Notes under the pieces: generated by a model | What the model saw: only the letters and a program-made list of their open reading frames with translations | Told to the model about the DNA's origin: nothing | The model's database searches: none | Made by a program: the position numbers and the translations under genes | Sequence record: OQ363659.1 | Direction: 5' to 3' (one strand) | DNA length: 64,000 bases | Part shown: positions 25,737-34,570 of the stretch, one piece after another | How positions within the stretch are numbered: position 1 is the first letter of the stretch | Layout of the letters: every line of letters starts with the position of its first letter

Positions 25737-27131
25737 TTAATTCAGGCTCAGGGGGTGGCCGTACATGCCAAGGTCACCCTGCATGTGCGCGTGGTGCATC
25801 ATGCGGCGAGCGTCGGAGGTAGGGAACACCGAAGCTTTAGCAGCTTGGACTTGTGGCGAAGGCGAACGCTGACGTTGCAGAACCAGTTTGCTCAGTTCAT
25901 CCAGCAGCTGACCAACCAGGTTATTGATCTCAGCTTCTTTAGCAGTTTCACCGAGGAACTTAATAGCGATGCCGCGCAGACGTTGGATGGCTTCCGGGAT
26001 ACCCATGTTAGCGGTAACCTGAGAAAGCTCCAGCATCGACTTTTCCAGTTCTTCTTGTGGAGTCAGAACTGGTTCTGGCTTGGCTTGCTGGGCACGTTCA
26101 TTTTCATGGGCGGCCAGCGTACGCGAGTTCATGCCATTAATGGCATTGTTGATACGGGCAATACCATCGTTCTGGGTAAGCTTGCGCTCTACGACCAGTT
26201 TGGCGACGTAGTGCTTGTAGATCGACAGTTCATGGACGTCATCGATGGCGTTTGGTTGGATCGACTCAGGGCGAGTCTGGTAGGACATTAGTTTGTGCAG
26301 ACGTGCGATGACACGACGTTGCTGACGCAGCAGCTCCAGACCAGCGTAGTTCGCCATCAGGTTGGCCAGCTGATCGAAGAAGGCCGGGATCATTTTGGCG
26401 GTGATGTAGTTTTGCAGGGTTTCATCTTTGGCAGCCAGAATGACTTCGTCCGCCAGCTTGAATTCAACTGGCTTTGGAGTGGTCAGGCGGACATCACGTG
26501 CGCCAAGGCGAGACAGGATACGGCTGACTTCATCTTGAGTCAGGCCAGGTACGCCGAACTCAGGTTGAGTCAAGAACGATGGCAGTTCGCCACGAGCTTC
26601 TTGACCGGCACGGATTGCGCGGTGTTGAGCTTCAGGGGAGAATTCGGATGGCGCGCCCAGACCGCGAGGATTGATATTGGCCAGTGCATTTTCGAGATCA
26701 GCGATGGATTGACCGCCGAGCATTTGACCCAGGAATTCGAGGAAACCTTCTTGCGACGGGTGTTGCAGTTGCGACTGAGCCATTACTTGCTTACCTTTTT
26801 CCATGAGCGATTCTTCAGTTACTTGCAGCGGTTTTGCGATGGATGGAGAGAACGAACGGAAGTCTGGCAGTTGTGCTGCTTGTTCACGCAACAGTTTAGC
26901 CAGAGGGTGGGTATCGTCCAAAACTGGATTCCCGTTTACCAATAGGTCTTTGCGTTGAGTGCAACGACCGCAAGCACATTCTTGACGGGAGAGTTCAGTT
27001 TGACCGTAATCCATGGTATTGCCCTTTTGTGGTGAGACGTAGTTAGGGTGACGCTTTGCTGCTTCGAGAAACTCTGCTTCTGTGCCGCGGAAGCCGATGC
27101 TGCGTGCAATATCGTAAGCACTAGGTGCCAT
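25737..27131 (-). CDS. hypothetical protein (gene upstream of chmA) with N-terminal AYxxAxxxGFRGTxxEF module
   Basis: start revised to ATG 27131 (SD GAAGGA), 464 aa; second in-frame SD+ATG at 27014. Confidence 0.75.
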   Translation of the reverse strand: MAPSAYDIARSIGFRGTEAEFLEAAKRHPNYVSPQKGNTMDYGQTELSRQECACGRCTQRKDLLVNGNPVLDDTHPLAKLLREQAAQLPDFRSFSPSIAKPLQVTEESLMEKGKQVMAQSQLQHPSQEGFLEFLGQMLGGQSIADLENALANINPRGLGAPSEFSPEAQHRAIRAGQEARGELPSFLTQPEFGVPGLTQDEVSRILSRLGARDVRLTTPKPVEFKLADEVILAAKDETLQNYITAKMIPAFFDQLANLMANYAGLELLRQQRRVIARLHKLMSYQTRPESIQPNAIDDVHELSIYKHYVAKLVVERKLTQNDGIARINNAINGMNSRTLAAHENERAQQAKPEPVLTPQEELEKSMLELSQVTANMGIPEAIQRLRGIAIKFLGETAKEAEINNLVGQLLDELSKLVLQRQRSPSPQVQAAKASVFPTSDARRMMHHAHMQGDLGMYGHPLSLN

Positions 27132-27163
27132 TGTATTTCCTTCGGGTGCGCTGATACAATTCA

Positions 27164-27184
27164 ATGATATATATCTAAGATTTT
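27164..27184 (-). promoter_or_regulatory. early-type promoter
   Basis: minus strand AAAATCTTAGATATATATCAT. Confidence 0.55.
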
Positions 27185-27200
27185 TTGGAATCAAATCAAC

Positions 27201-28280
27201 ATGTACGCACTATTCCGGGAAGACCCAATTGGTAGCAAGGGGATCACGTATGATCCCAAACGTCCATATATCCAGAGACAAGTAAGACAGCAGCTCCAGG
27301 ACGTAACAAACTACTATCGTAGGTTTCCAAAGATAGTGGACAGTAAGAATTTGATTGCAATGATCATCAATCACTTCGTATTGGAGTATAGAAGTGATGA
27401 CGCTGCATGGGCAAAGAAAGTGGAAGACCAAGCTCGTGGTCTGATTCGCACGCTTGGTTTGTGCGATGCGGTTAATAAAGGAAAGATCTTCGATCACGGA
27501 GCAACCCTAGGGCCACAATGTGAAGAAGTTGTTATTTCCTCTATCGAGCGATTTGACACCACTGGGCTAAAAGCTAAGTGGCGTGACCTCAAACCTCTCC
27601 GCTATTTATATCACTCGCGTAGTGACATCAACCTACCGATCATGAACAACCGTACACCAGGTAGGGGCTATGGTGTATTGTCGATTAACATTCCAATGCT
27701 GATGGTTCAATATCGTCATTGGGTGTATGCTCACTTCGGTCCTACTGAACCTGACGCGATCAACCTGTACAAGTTCATTGGTTCCTACGCTTTGGTTAAT
27801 TGCTTGGAATCCTATTTGGAGATTGCGTATTTCAATCGGCTATCCCGTATGGCTTACAGCATGCCAACTACGAAATATCCATTACCGCACCCATTCTACA
27901 TTCCAGACCTCACAAACGTAACAGACGCTATGGCTAAGAACACTCTAAGCCAACGATCGATGCGTACAGGGATGGTTGTTGAACTCGCACAGATGACTCC
28001 GATGTTGCTAGCAGATTCTCTGTATCAAGTCCTACAACTACCTAAGGGTCCAGTTACATTGCAGAACGAGTGGGCACTGGCGATAGCACGAGTTCCTTTT
28101 ATCAAGTATTTGGTAGACAGCTTAAAACAAGCGCCATCGTTTGACCGCACCCAGACTAACGAGATTCTCCACGAACTGCGTGAATCCGTACACTCTCAAG
28201 CATTCCGGCAACATGGGAATTCCCCAATGATGCAGCGACTGTTGAAAGATGTAGAAGACATGATCCGTGACTTGACATAA
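27201..28280 (+). CDS. conserved virion protein (phiKZ gp52 position)
   Basis: 359 aa isolated plus-strand gene two genes from chmA; synteny. Confidence 0.7.
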   Translation: MYALFREDPIGSKGITYDPKRPYIQRQVRQQLQDVTNYYRRFPKIVDSKNLIAMIINHFVLEYRSDDAAWAKKVEDQARGLIRTLGLCDAVNKGKIFDHGATLGPQCEEVVISSIERFDTTGLKAKWRDLKPLRYLYHSRSDINLPIMNNRTPGRGYGVLSINIPMLMVQYRHWVYAHFGPTEPDAINLYKFIGSYALVNCLESYLEIAYFNRLSRMAYSMPTTKYPLPHPFYIPDLTNVTDAMAKNTLSQRSMRTGMVVELAQMTPMLLADSLYQVLQLPKGPVTLQNEWALAIARVPFIKYLVDSLKQAPSFDRTQTNEILHELRESVHSQAFRQHGNSPMMQRLLKDVEDMIRDLT

Positions 28281-28281
28281 T

Positions 28282-28301
28282 GGCTACCCTTCGGGGTAGC
28301 C
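28282..28301. terminator. bidirectional hairpin terminator
   Basis: GGCTACCC-TTCG-GGGTAGCC; same stem as 2883 in the opposite orientation; TTATGCTGT exit. Confidence 0.85.
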
Positions 28302-28309
28302 TTATGCTG

Positions 28310-28558
28310 TTAATCATTTTTACCGGCCATTACTTCAGCGGCATCGTAAGTCGGGTAGAAGTATGGAGTACGCTCAGAGCGATCCCACATCTCACCGATA
28401 GTGCGTTCACGATGGTTTGGTTGTGCACGCTTGATGCCACTCCATACCGCATCTGCGACGATGTTACCAGTGCCTGGACGGATGGAGTGATCTTGATAAC
28501 CTTTAGGCTTAGCCCTAGGTTTCTTTTGCTTACGCGGCTTTGGTCGATTCTTCTTCAA
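28310..28558 (-). CDS. small Lys/Arg-rich protein
   Basis: fills the gap to the terminator; likely TTG start 28558 with SD AGGTG (MKKNRPKPRKQKKPRAKPK...). Confidence 0.5.
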   Translation of the reverse strand: MKKNRPKPRKQKKPRAKPKGYQDHSIRPGTGNIVADAVWSGIKRAQPNHRERTIGEMWDRSERTPYFYPTYDAAEVMAGKND

Positions 28559-29366
28559 CGGCTTCACCTGCTGGTTCGTCGGCGCCTTCGTAGGCAACGT
28601 AGTCTTCGACCTTGGTTTTATCCCACTCGACTTGCAGGTTGAGTTCTTGGTCTTGGATCTCGCCAGCAGCTTCGGTGAGGATCATGTAGTGCTTGTAGAT
28701 GTAGTACTCGTACACTTGTTCCAGAGTACGGGACTGACCTTGAGCATCGGTCATCAGAGTCGGGTTGGCTTCCACAGTTGCTTTCGGGAAGAAGTCATGG
28801 CACTTGGTTTCCGACTTGGCGGCGAAGAAGGCTTCAGCTTGACGTTGACCCAGCAACGATACCAGTTCGGCTTTAGCGAGTTGGGCTGCATGGATTTGGC
28901 GAGCTTGTTGCGGAGTACGGATCGAGTGCGCGTACAACTTGTTCATGATGTGGCTGGTTTGAGCCTGGCGCTGTGCGTTCTTGATGTAGCCACGCATTTG
29001 CTGTTGCAGACGTTTCTGCATTTTGGCTTGTTTCTTGGTCAGAGGCTTGACTGGAGTTTGGGTAGCAGCTACCACGTCGGAAAGGGAATCGGTCACGACT
29101 TCGTCACCACCGAGTGCGTCTTTAGCGGACTCGAATGCACGCAGTTGTTCTTGGGTGATTGCGGTAGCTTCCGAAGCAGCCATGATGTCCAGTTTTTGAG
29201 AGATGTCTTGCATGATGCCTTTTTCCTTGAGAGATTGATTGACAGCAAAAGAACCAAACAACTTAGTTTGTTCTTCTTGGTAGAGCTTAGTGAGGTGTGC
29301 GTCAGCGGCAGCCCACTCTTCGGCCTCAGTCGGCTCGTAGTCATCTACATCCAATGGGGAAGTCAA
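28530..29366 (-). CDS. hypothetical protein
   Basis: 278 aa; acidic termini; helical; phage-like codon usage. Confidence 0.75.
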   Translation of the reverse strand: MTSPLDVDDYEPTEAEEWAAADAHLTKLYQEEQTKLFGSFAVNQSLKEKGIMQDISQKLDIMAASEATAITQEQLRAFESAKDALGGDEVVTDSLSDVVAATQTPVKPLTKKQAKMQKRLQQQMRGYIKNAQRQAQTSHIMNKLYAHSIRTPQQARQIHAAQLAKAELVSLLGQRQAEAFFAAKSETKCHDFFPKATVEANPTLMTDAQGQSRTLEQVYEYYIYKHYMILTEAAGEIQDQELNLQVEWDKTKVEDYVAYEGADEPAGEAVEEESTKAA

Positions 29367-29371
29367 GTAAA

Positions 29372-29755
29372 TTAAACCTTGTTCGGGTTGTAGTTTTCCA
29401 GATCTGCAAATGCAAGCTGGTACATGTCCATTGCGGCTTTGTGGCGGTTGTTCTCAGATTCAACACGTTCTTCAAGGTCTTTGAGCAAACGCGTCTTGGC
29501 CAGAGCTACATCCAGGATCTCTACTTGGGAGAAACCTTTAAATTCCCCGACTGACCAATGCTGGACATTCGTGATATAGCCACCGTCGTTACGGATTTGC
29601 AATCCGAGCCCATTCGGGTGGTCGCAATTCATCACCGTAGCTTCGTACCATTTCTTCTGTGTGATGCCGGTACCTTCAAGGATCTCGGGATCACACAATG
29701 GCATCCAGCGAACTTTCTCACCCTCACGCAGGATGATGTTGTAATCAGAATTCAT
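29372..29755 (-). CDS. hypothetical protein
   Basis: 127 aa; SD GAGGGG. Confidence 0.7.
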   Translation of the reverse strand: MNSDYNIILREGEKVRWMPLCDPEILEGTGITQKKWYEATVMNCDHPNGLGLQIRNDGGYITNVQHWSVGEFKGFSQVEILDVALAKTRLLKDLEERVESENNRHKAAMDMYQLAFADLENYNPNKV

Positions 29756-29768
29756 ATACCCCTCATAA

Positions 29769-29788
29769 AGCTCCCCTTTCGGAGAGCT
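29769..29788 (-). terminator. hairpin terminator after the DNA pol/NTase pair
   Basis: AGCTCTCC-GAAA-GGGGAGCT then TTATG on minus. Confidence 0.6.
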
Positions 29789-29793
29789 CTTGA

Positions 29794-30612
29794 TTAATCG
29801 AACTTGAAGTCGTACTTACGAACCATACGACGGAAGAAATCATTCAGCGGTGCATCGTCTGGTTTATCTGTTTCAGGTACTTCCATCTTCCCGTACTCAG
29901 CCAACTTAGACTCGATGAAGTTATCCAGTTCTACCAGGTGTGGTCCAGTGCGAGTTTCCTCACCACCACGTTTCAGGAACATCAATTCATCGAGCGCGTG
30001 TCGCAAAGCTGGAGGTGGGTTGTAGTCCTCAACCAGCTTGTAGTATTCGGTTGGTGGCATGGTACCATGCTTACGTGTCCACTCCACAGCGAAGATCGGA
30101 CGCAGGCAGTAGAAGTATTTCTTGTAGATGACTTCTTCTTCATCCGCAATGAAACGGCGATGGGTGTTGTGGATCATTGCTGTGTAATGACCCAGTGCAG
30201 CTTCTGGCTTGAAACGACTCAATGCCAGGTCACGCAGTTCACCTAGTTCTTCACGCAGCGTGTAGCAATAGATCAATGGTGAACCAAGCCACTCCAACAG
30301 CGCTGGGTTAGACTTACGCATCAAGCCTAGGGTTTTACCCAGCGACCATCCAGACATGTCCAGATCGAGCTCTGGGATCTGACGATCGATTACTGGACGT
30401 TGGCGGTCCAGGTCGATATGCCAGTCGATTCTCGGTACGTAAACGAAACGTACATCGAAGTCAGAGTTCGTAGAGGCGAACCCCCATGCACGACTACCGG
30501 ATTCACATGCGAACAAAACCTTTACGTCGTGTTCGCGTTCGATTGCATCCAGCTCTTGCAGAACCCTTGCACGAATCTCTTTCGGTAAGGGGTGAACAGT
30601 ATTCAAGTCCAT
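29794..30612 (-). CDS. Pol-beta superfamily nucleotidyltransferase (RlaP/PF10127-like)
   Basis: ESGSRAWGFASTNSDFDVRFVY, SNPALLEWLGSP and KKYFYCLRP motifs; TGATG-coupled to DNA pol. Confidence 0.85.
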   Translation of the reverse strand: MDLNTVHPLPKEIRARVLQELDAIEREHDVKVLFACESGSRAWGFASTNSDFDVRFVYVPRIDWHIDLDRQRPVIDRQIPELDLDMSGWSLGKTLGLMRKSNPALLEWLGSPLIYCYTLREELGELRDLALSRFKPEAALGHYTAMIHNTHRRFIADEEEVIYKKYFYCLRPIFAVEWTRKHGTMPPTEYYKLVEDYNPPPALRHALDELMFLKRGGEETRTGPHLVELDNFIESKLAEYGKMEVPETDKPDDAPLNDFFRRMVRKYDFKFD

Positions 30613-32759
30613 CAATAGAAATCCGAGATCAGTCGGGAGTTGTCTGCATCGATCAGGAAGATACCAAGCGATTCCATGATCAAATAGAACACACCCATGG
30701 TGTTGGAGATAATCGTACGCACGTCAGCTACGCGAGTAATGAACTCAGGTACACCCATGTTCTCTACTACGGTTGCAGGTACGTTAATCGATGTCAGTGA
30801 TGTCTTCTTGTTCAGCAACATCCATTCTTTCAGACGCATGGCCATTTGCTTGTCTTCCAGCCCATCGAACCACTCGTTCATCTTGGTACGGTTTGTAGCC
30901 GTAGTTGAGATTTTGTAGAACGAGTACGGTGGAGCAGGAGTTTCACCACACACTAGACCGAACATGTCTTTCCAGAACAGATACTTCTTGTAGGTGTCGT
31001 TGTCTTCTTCAGACTTGTACGCGTCAGACTTCTTACACTGACCAGTCGTCAGGTAATCAGCTTTACCGGTACGAACCGATACGTAAATGCTACGTTCCAT
31101 ATCAGCGATGTCTTTCAGAATCACCGGAAGGTCAATCGGAGTTTCCGATTTCACGCTGTCGATGATGTGAGCCATCAGTTTCTTAGCCTTCTTGTTAACG
31201 AAAGGCTGAACCTTAGAATCTCGTAGACCTACACCCTTAACTTCCATACGGGCGATTTCGAACATGATACCTTCTACCGCATCTTGCGACGCAAAGTAGT
31301 GCTTCGATCGAGTCGTCAAAGACAACACGGCGAAGTAGTATTCGTTCTTCATTGCCAGCAGTCGAAGCTTGTCTTCTGCTACACCCATGTTGGCCGATTG
31401 AATCGCCAGGATGTGCATTACAACTTCAGATACCAGGAACACCAAACCAAACACCAGACGCTTAGCTTCTGGGGTAAAGCAAATACGACCGTGGAATTCC
31501 TCAACCCAGAACTGCATCGTGAACATCGTGGAGTCAGTGTCGGAGATTACAGCCGCACGACGATACGAGTCTTTGAACGCATGAATGGAATGTGGGATAC
31601 ACTTGGTCAGATACAGCGCATCGATCAGTTCACGATGATAGTCCAGGCCATCGACCACACCCTTACAGGTAGAATGTAACAGGTCGAATACTTCTGGGTT
31701 CTCTTTCGCAATCCGTTCATCAGAACGACCACGGACTTGTTCGAAGCACAGGAACTTGACGAGCAGCTTCAAGTCACCGTCACGAATGCTGTCGTATTCA
31801 GCTTTGGTCATCGTGTTCTGATTGTCACCGACCTGAGAGATCGATTCCAGGAACTTACGGGTAGGTACTGGATTGTGTTTGTTCAGGTGATAAAGATCAC
31901 CGACATACATAACGGCAGCACGTTGCAACGGAGTCATACCAGTCGCCATCTGACGAATGTGTTGTGTATAGACTCGGTTCTGCCAGTAGTTCTTGGACGA
32001 GTACAGGACCATCTCAACGACGTCTTCTGGACTCGGGTAAACCAACCCGTATTTATCAATAGCCCGCTGGAGTTTATCCATATCGGTCAAGTTGATTATT
32101 GACACTAAGTTTGCCTTAGTGACTTCTGGGTTGTAATAATGACGGTTGCCCATCAGGAACTTCTCGTTGTTTGCGTTTGCATACGACGTTGCTGTACGGC
32201 AGGTCGAGGTCAACGAAGAGTGTGTAGACTTGTAATACAGAATGGTGGCGGCACTAACCGTAGCTCCTGAGTAGGAGTTATTGTTAATTTTGAAGTTCTC
32301 TTGCTCACCCTTTCGGACTTGTGCAAGTTCAAAGTCACCAGCCATTTCAGCATCCATCTGCTGACCCTTAACCTTCTTACGGTTAGCAACACCTTCTTTA
32401 ATGTAGATGGCGTGTGTCGATTGACGAACCGATTCAGGCAGGTAAGCTGTCAAGGATGGAGACAACAGCAAGTTTTGTTTCTCGACACGTTTCAGGAAAC
32501 CCATGAACGTAGTCACTTTCTTCGATCGATCGCCATGCATGTTCTTATCGAGCACGTATGTACGAGGATCGACTAACGGGAACTTACCGTTGGTACGGAA
32601 TTGTTCTCGAACCCACTCCGAACATTGTTCGAACGGAGCTAGAGTCATTAACTGCAAGTACCTTGCATTGTCAGCAATTGCGCCTTCGATGATGTCAAGG
32701 TCACGCGCGTACGCGGACACAGGCAGCATAAAAGGATTTGGTAATTCGGGCAGTGCCAT
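30612..32759 (-). CDS. family B DNA polymerase, polymerase-domain subunit (phiKZ gp50-like; split enzyme)
   Basis: 715 aa; KINNNSYSG (motif B), ISDTDS (motif C), KxYF and KGVG; no N-terminal exonuclease domain. Confidence 0.9.
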   Translation of the reverse strand: MALPELPNPFMLPVSAYARDLDIIEGAIADNARYLQLMTLAPFEQCSEWVREQFRTNGKFPLVDPRTYVLDKNMHGDRSKKVTTFMGFLKRVEKQNLLLSPSLTAYLPESVRQSTHAIYIKEGVANRKKVKGQQMDAEMAGDFELAQVRKGEQENFKINNNSYSGATVSAATILYYKSTHSSLTSTCRTATSYANANNEKFLMGNRHYYNPEVTKANLVSIINLTDMDKLQRAIDKYGLVYPSPEDVVEMVLYSSKNYWQNRVYTQHIRQMATGMTPLQRAAVMYVGDLYHLNKHNPVPTRKFLESISQVGDNQNTMTKAEYDSIRDGDLKLLVKFLCFEQVRGRSDERIAKENPEVFDLLHSTCKGVVDGLDYHRELIDALYLTKCIPHSIHAFKDSYRRAAVISDTDSTMFTMQFWVEEFHGRICFTPEAKRLVFGLVFLVSEVVMHILAIQSANMGVAEDKLRLLAMKNEYYFAVLSLTTRSKHYFASQDAVEGIMFEIARMEVKGVGLRDSKVQPFVNKKAKKLMAHIIDSVKSETPIDLPVILKDIADMERSIYVSVRTGKADYLTTGQCKKSDAYKSEEDNDTYKKYLFWKDMFGLVCGETPAPPYSFYKISTTATNRTKMNEWFDGLEDKQMAMRLKEWMLLNKKTSLTSINVPATVVENMGVPEFITRVADVRTIISNTMGVFYLIMESLGIFLIDADNSRLISDFY

Positions 32760-32761
32760 TA

Positions 32762-32779
32762 AACACCTCTGTAGGTGTT
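32762..32779 (-). promoter_or_regulatory. hairpin sequestering the DNA pol Shine-Dalgarno
   Basis: AACACCT-ACAG-AGGTGTT ends 2 nt before the ATG and contains GAGGTG. Confidence 0.5.
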
Positions 32780-32800
32780 GACTGATCTTCAGGAAAAAAT

Positions 32801-32820
32801 AGTGCTACCGGAGTAGCACT
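32801..32820 (-). terminator. intrinsic terminator just upstream of DNA pol
   Basis: AGTGCTAC-TCCG-GTAGCACT then ATTTTTT. Confidence 0.7.
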
Positions 32821-32876
32821 TTCAAGAGTATCAAATCAACAAACATTCACAGAGTATTATAACGGTCGGTATTTCT

Positions 32877-33224
32877 CTATCGAGTCCACAGCCCTTGAAT
32901 CTTTGCCTTATATGCCTCGGTCAAACCCAACGCAATGAAACGCTTTACATCTACAGCTGCTGCATGATCTGGCTTATCCAACCACCACTGGCAAACCTGC
33001 ATTAGGTTCTCGCGATAATGTGGTTGGAACTTCTGTGTCACGTATTCGGTACCTGCCACACGGATAGATATCCAACGATCCATTTTCTGATTAAGGTGCC
33101 AGATGATTTCGAGTTCATTCATCCGGGCAGGTAGACGACCGGTGTGATGCTGGATGAATTCACCAACTTCGGCTGCGGTGAAATTGATTGCTTTCAATGG
33201 GACTACTACGGTGATCGGTTCCAT
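32877..33224 (-). CDS. hypothetical protein
   Basis: 115 aa; TAATG-coupled to the small upstream ORF. Confidence 0.65.
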   Translation of the reverse strand: MEPITVVVPLKAINFTAAEVGEFIQHHTGRLPARMNELEIIWHLNQKMDRWISIRVAGTEYVTQKFQPHYRENLMQVCQWWLDKPDHAAAVDVKRFIALGLTEAYKAKIQGLWTR

Positions 33225-33364
33225 TATTTCTTTTTGCCTCTTTTCGGTTGGTGCTTCTTCAACGCATTCAGGATCTTGCGAGCTTTGTTACGATGTTCTT
33301 CAGCAGCGAGTTCAGCTTTGGTTTTGCGACGGGTACCAAAGAACCCCGTTGGCGGTAAACACAT
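33224..33364 (-). CDS. small basic protein (46 aa, not in ORF track)
   Basis: MCLPPTGFFGTRRKTKAELAAEEHRNKARKILNALKKHQPKRGKKK; SD GAGG; TAATG overlap. Confidence 0.6.
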   Translation of the reverse strand: MCLPPTGFFGTRRKTKAELAAEEHRNKARKILNALKKHQPKRGKKK

Positions 33365-33394
33365 GCGAAATCCTCAAAAAGAAAACAACATAAA

Positions 33395-33412
33395 GCCAGC
33401 CCGAAGGCTGGC
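33395..33412 (-). terminator. hairpin terminator
   Basis: GCCAGCC-TTCG-GGCTGGC then TTTATGTTGTTTTC. Confidence 0.8.
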
Positions 33413-33415
33413 CTT

Positions 33416-33832
33416 CTATTCCCAGACCTGTGAACTCGGTGTCTCATTAATAGCAGACATCGCTTCCAGGATTCGCCGTCTACGGCGGTCATCTCGATCC
33501 TGGAATACCAGAGTCAGAGTCTTACCATCAGACGATACGACTGTACCGGAACGAATACATGGCACGCCTACGAACGTAAACTCACCGCCGTCAAATGTGA
33601 CGTAAGCGTAGTTATATTGTCGTGGGTCATTCGGTACGGATACACCAGCAGCTACCAGTACCGGATAAACGTTTTGGTGAGTTGCATCCAGATCAAACCC
33701 CAGTTGCTGAGCTACCTTTGGAGTCACGATCCCTTCAAGTGTTACGTCTTTGAATTCATTAGCGTAGTACGATGTCGGGTAAACTTCAAAGCTCACCCGA
33801 GTACCTTCGGTAATGTCAGTGATTTGTGTCAT
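33416..33832 (-). CDS. conserved hypothetical protein (phiKZ gp49 position)
   Basis: 138 aa; beta-rich; last gene of the 33.4-37.3 kb operon. Confidence 0.75.
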   Translation of the reverse strand: MTQITDITEGTRVSFEVYPTSYYANEFKDVTLEGIVTPKVAQQLGFDLDATHQNVYPVLVAAGVSVPNDPRQYNYAYVTFDGGEFTFVGVPCIRSGTVVSSDGKTLTLVFQDRDDRRRRRILEAMSAINETPSSQVWE

Positions 33833-33842
33833 TGTTGCGGAC

Positions 33843-34223
33843 CTATGCTTGTTTTCTCATAGGTTTGTTCTGCACTACGAAACCAAAGGTGCCAGCCAGG
33901 TTCATCGGGATGATCGCAATGACATCGTAGTTAGGGAACTTCGCAATGAACTCCTGGTAGATAGCGAATGTATCCAGCATATCCTGAGGGAGTTCTTCAT
34001 CAGGGGACTCTAGAATAGTCTCCATGAACAATTCATCGCAGAACAGGTCCATCACTAGCTTTTGGAACTTATTCACCAGTGCCCTGCGCAATGGCACATT
34101 TCCTTCAACCCAAGTATCACGCTCAGGGTCGTGTAACGACTCTTCCATGAATCGTTCGGCGAACTTCATGCCCGCGTTAGATTCGAGGACGGTGTATGTC
34201 AGTTGTGGTTCGGGATGCTTCAT
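33843..34223 (-). CDS. hypothetical protein
   Basis: 126 aa; ATGA-type coupling. Confidence 0.7.
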   Translation of the reverse strand: MKHPEPQLTYTVLESNAGMKFAERFMEESLHDPERDTWVEGNVPLRRALVNKFQKLVMDLFCDELFMETILESPDEELPQDMLDTFAIYQEFIAKFPNYDVIAIIPMNLAGTFGFVVQNKPMRKQA

Positions 34224-34570
34224 TGCGAGTCCTTGAAGACGACGGCCACCTCCTTTCTGTGTTCAGGAGTATGGATTAGTTCTGTTGGTTTGAATTGATA
34301 GAAATAGTTGGAGACATTGACGTAGTAGCAATAACACTGCTCGCGGATATACTTCAATGCTTCCTCAGACATATTGTAGATGTGTCCTTTCAGATAATGT
34401 TCCATCGCATAATCGATTTCGTCTCCGATGCTAATGAACTTATCGTCTTCCAACACATTGTGAATAGCCACTGAAATGATCCAATGGCTTATGCCTACTG
34501 ACTGCAATGGGAATCCCGGAATGAAGATATGTCCAAACATACCAACGTCGTATGTATGGAGGCTATACAT
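34220..34570 (-). CDS. hypothetical protein
   Basis: 116 aa; TAATG coupling. Confidence 0.7.
   Translation of the reverse strand: MYSLHTYDVGMFGHIFIPGFPLQSVGISHWIISVAIHNVLEDDKFISIGDEIDYAMEHYLKGHIYNMSEEALKYIREQCYCYYVNVSNYFYQFKPTELIHTPEHRKEVAVVFKDSQ

Noticed and set aside
28310-28640. Programmed frameshift joining the 278-aa ORF to the Lys-rich ORF
   Set aside because: The alternative frame is open across the overlap, but there is no canonical X XXY YYZ slippery site or downstream structure. An independent SD-TTG start explains the ORF.
33268-33492. 74-aa minus-strand ORF in the track
   Set aside because: It crosses a terminator and overlaps two better-supported genes (33416-33832 and 33224-33364).
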